From Thermoplasmatota archaeon (GTDB lineage: Archaea > Thermoplasmatota > E2 > DHVEG-1 > B18-G2): a DNA stretch of 64,000 bases. The notes beneath the pieces are model-generated. The model worked only from the letters and a program-made list of their open reading frames with translations, did no database searches and had not been told where the DNA came from. The stretch is from the NCBI GenBank assembly GCA_029259115.1, contig JAPDJO010000029.1:60975-124974 (forward strand), given 5' to 3'. Shown here piece by piece: positions 62,358 through 64,000 of the stretch (its first letter is position 1; each line of letters begins with the position of its first letter). Position numbers and translations under genes: made by a program.

Positions 62358-62929
62358 TTCGGTATCTTTGGTCCCACTAATAGCATTGCGATGCCCACGA
62401 TTATTCCTATGATTATCCCTGGCAGAATGACTGCAAGAACCGCCTTACCGGTGGACATCTCCTGCAATTCTCTTATACCGATTATCTCGACAATCAGTGC
62501 CCATATGCCAGCTATAATACCTATAAATGGTATCCATCCCAATAGTAGCGATGGTGTCATTCCATAACCTATAGCTTTTACCGTTTGTGTGTATCCTTTT
62601 CTACCACCTAACAGGTATACGAATATATGCACTATCGCTGCACCGATGAATAGACCGATTATTAGTAGAATCAGATAACTTATAAACATTGTAACCGCTG
62701 CTAGTCCACCAGCAGCTGCACCCATGAAAGGCATTTTTATTGGCATCATAGCTGTCATCGCCGATGCCATAGCTGCGAATATTATTGCCCAGAGTATGGA
62801 GAATATGACTGCGAGCACAACGAAATATTTCATCAGCGGACCGAGATCTTCATCTTTGACTTTCTGGAAAGTCTCTACCGGGCTTATTAAAAAGCCTTTT
62901 ATTTTCTCTCCAAATCCTACTTCCGCCAT
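62342..62929 (-). CDS. Yip1 family membrane protein
   Basis: LISP..TF start, five TM helices, LGG.KGY, WIP. Confidence 0.85.
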   Translation of the reverse strand: MAEVGFGEKIKGFLISPVETFQKVKDEDLGPLMKYFVVLAVIFSILWAIIFAAMASAMTAMMPIKMPFMGAAAGGLAAVTMFISYLILLIIGLFIGAAIVHIFVYLLGGRKGYTQTVKAIGYGMTPSLLLGWIPFIGIIAGIWALIVEIIGIRELQEMSTGKAVLAVILPGIIIGIIVGIAMLLVGPKIPNYPTP

Positions 62930-62974
62930 CTCCTCACCAGGTGTTTAAAAGAGATAAGGAATTTATATACTTTT

Positions 62975-63787
62975 TTGCATTTTGTGAGCGATATGGCAAA
63001 GGAGGATCTCGCTCCAAAAATTGTTATCAAAGCAGCTAAGATGACTTTTAGAGATTTGGGCTATATAGGGCTGTATATCCTACCATTTATAGTAGATATA
63101 GTTTTTATCGCCCTTATCCATGATAAGCTACACTATTTTAAAGCAGCAGAAGCGGGCAAACTTAACTTTACTGATGTTCATTCTTTCCTAATATGGTTTG
63201 GCACATTTTTCTTAGTAAGCTGGATAGTTGGGTTAATCTCAGCATCTGGAGTGATAACTAAGGTTAATGAGGAGAGAAGGGGGAACAAGATATCAGCGAT
63301 AGATGCTTTGGGAGAAGGTCTCATTTTCGTTCCAAGATTGATTGGCGCGAGTATACTCTATGCGATTATAATTCTTGCAATTGCAGCTCTCCCTGCTACG
63401 TTACTGATCTTCGGCATTTACACGAAAAATCCACCTCTTATCGGTTTATCCGTTATTATCTTACTATTTGCACTAGTTCCAGTAATTTATGTATCACTTC
63501 GACTTACACTATTTGCTCCTGCCTGTATCATAAAAGACATAGGCTGTTTAGAATCTCTAAGAGAGAGTTGGAAAATTACTAAAGGCAATCTTTTATTCAT
63601 ATTTGTAGCTTTGATCTTCCTTCTGATACTATCAATACCTTTCATAATACTGAATTATGCATTACCAGATATCCAGATAGGTTCTCTTCTCTCTATACTC
63701 ATAATGGGACCTATCTACAATATAGCTATAACGCTAATATTCTTGGAATTAACCGGACAATCACAATCATTTTCTACCCCCTTTTAA
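62975..63787 (+). CDS. Membrane protein (GDPD membrane-domain-like)
   Basis: About six TM helices; SLRESWKITKG motif. Start may be ATG 62993. Confidence 0.7.
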   Translation: MHFVSDMAKEDLAPKIVIKAAKMTFRDLGYIGLYILPFIVDIVFIALIHDKLHYFKAAEAGKLNFTDVHSFLIWFGTFFLVSWIVGLISASGVITKVNEERRGNKISAIDALGEGLIFVPRLIGASILYAIIILAIAALPATLLIFGIYTKNPPLIGLSVIILLFALVPVIYVSLRLTLFAPACIIKDIGCLESLRESWKITKGNLLFIFVALIFLLILSIPFIILNYALPDIQIGSLLSILIMGPIYNIAITLIFLELTGQSQSFSTPF

Positions 63788-63807
63788 ATACGGAAATGGG
63801 GTGATTT

Positions 63808-64000
63808 ATGATGAAGGTGTTAGTTACGGACAAGCTCGCAGATGAAGCCCTAGAGTTGCTGAAAAATAACGGTTTTGAAGTTAAGTATGAAGAGTTAGAT
63901 CACGATGGTTTACTAAAAGAGATAGCAGACTATGATGCTCTGATAGTAAGAAGCAGAACAAAGGTCACAGCAGATATAATAGAAAAAGGGGCATCTGGAA
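63808..64000 (+). CDS. serA: D-3-phosphoglycerate/D-2-hydroxyacid dehydrogenase, 3'-partial
   Basis: Translation MMKVLVTDKL...DYDALIVRSRTKVTADII runs off the window; SD GGGGTGA. Confidence 0.8.
   Translation, partial: MMKVLVTDKLADEALELLKNNGFEVKYEELDHDGLLKEIADYDALIVRSRTKVTADIIEKGASG

Overview
Archaeal chromosomal segment: class I LysRS, Topo VI, RadA, EF-1A, Nop5 and AglB are all present, and the gene style suggests Thermoplasmata, possibly MBG-D-like (inference). Most of the window is housekeeping. The accessory part is a ~14.4 kb element (5718-20100) integrated in the 3' end of tRNA-Ala(CGC). Its core module is a tyrosine integrase, a small 2-TM protein and an AAA/SF3-like replication ATPase containing a concentric iteron palindrome. 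Its cargo is a SNase-LTD lipoprotein, a DGQHR protein with palindromic operator-like sites, a type IIG RM fusion, a membrane transglutaminase-like protein, Orc1/Cdc6, a PIN toxin-antitoxin pair and a possible TGT-like protein. The att sites carry three copies of a ~60-85 bp nested inverted-repeat arm with compensatory changes. Elsewhere, tmcA (ac4C writer) overlaps an ASCH gene that retains the YqfB ac4C-hydrolase residues, an IS6 appears to truncate a neighbouring gene and has an SD-sequestering hairpin, and the GAPDH is bacterial-type. All calls come from reading motifs by eye; no database searches were run.
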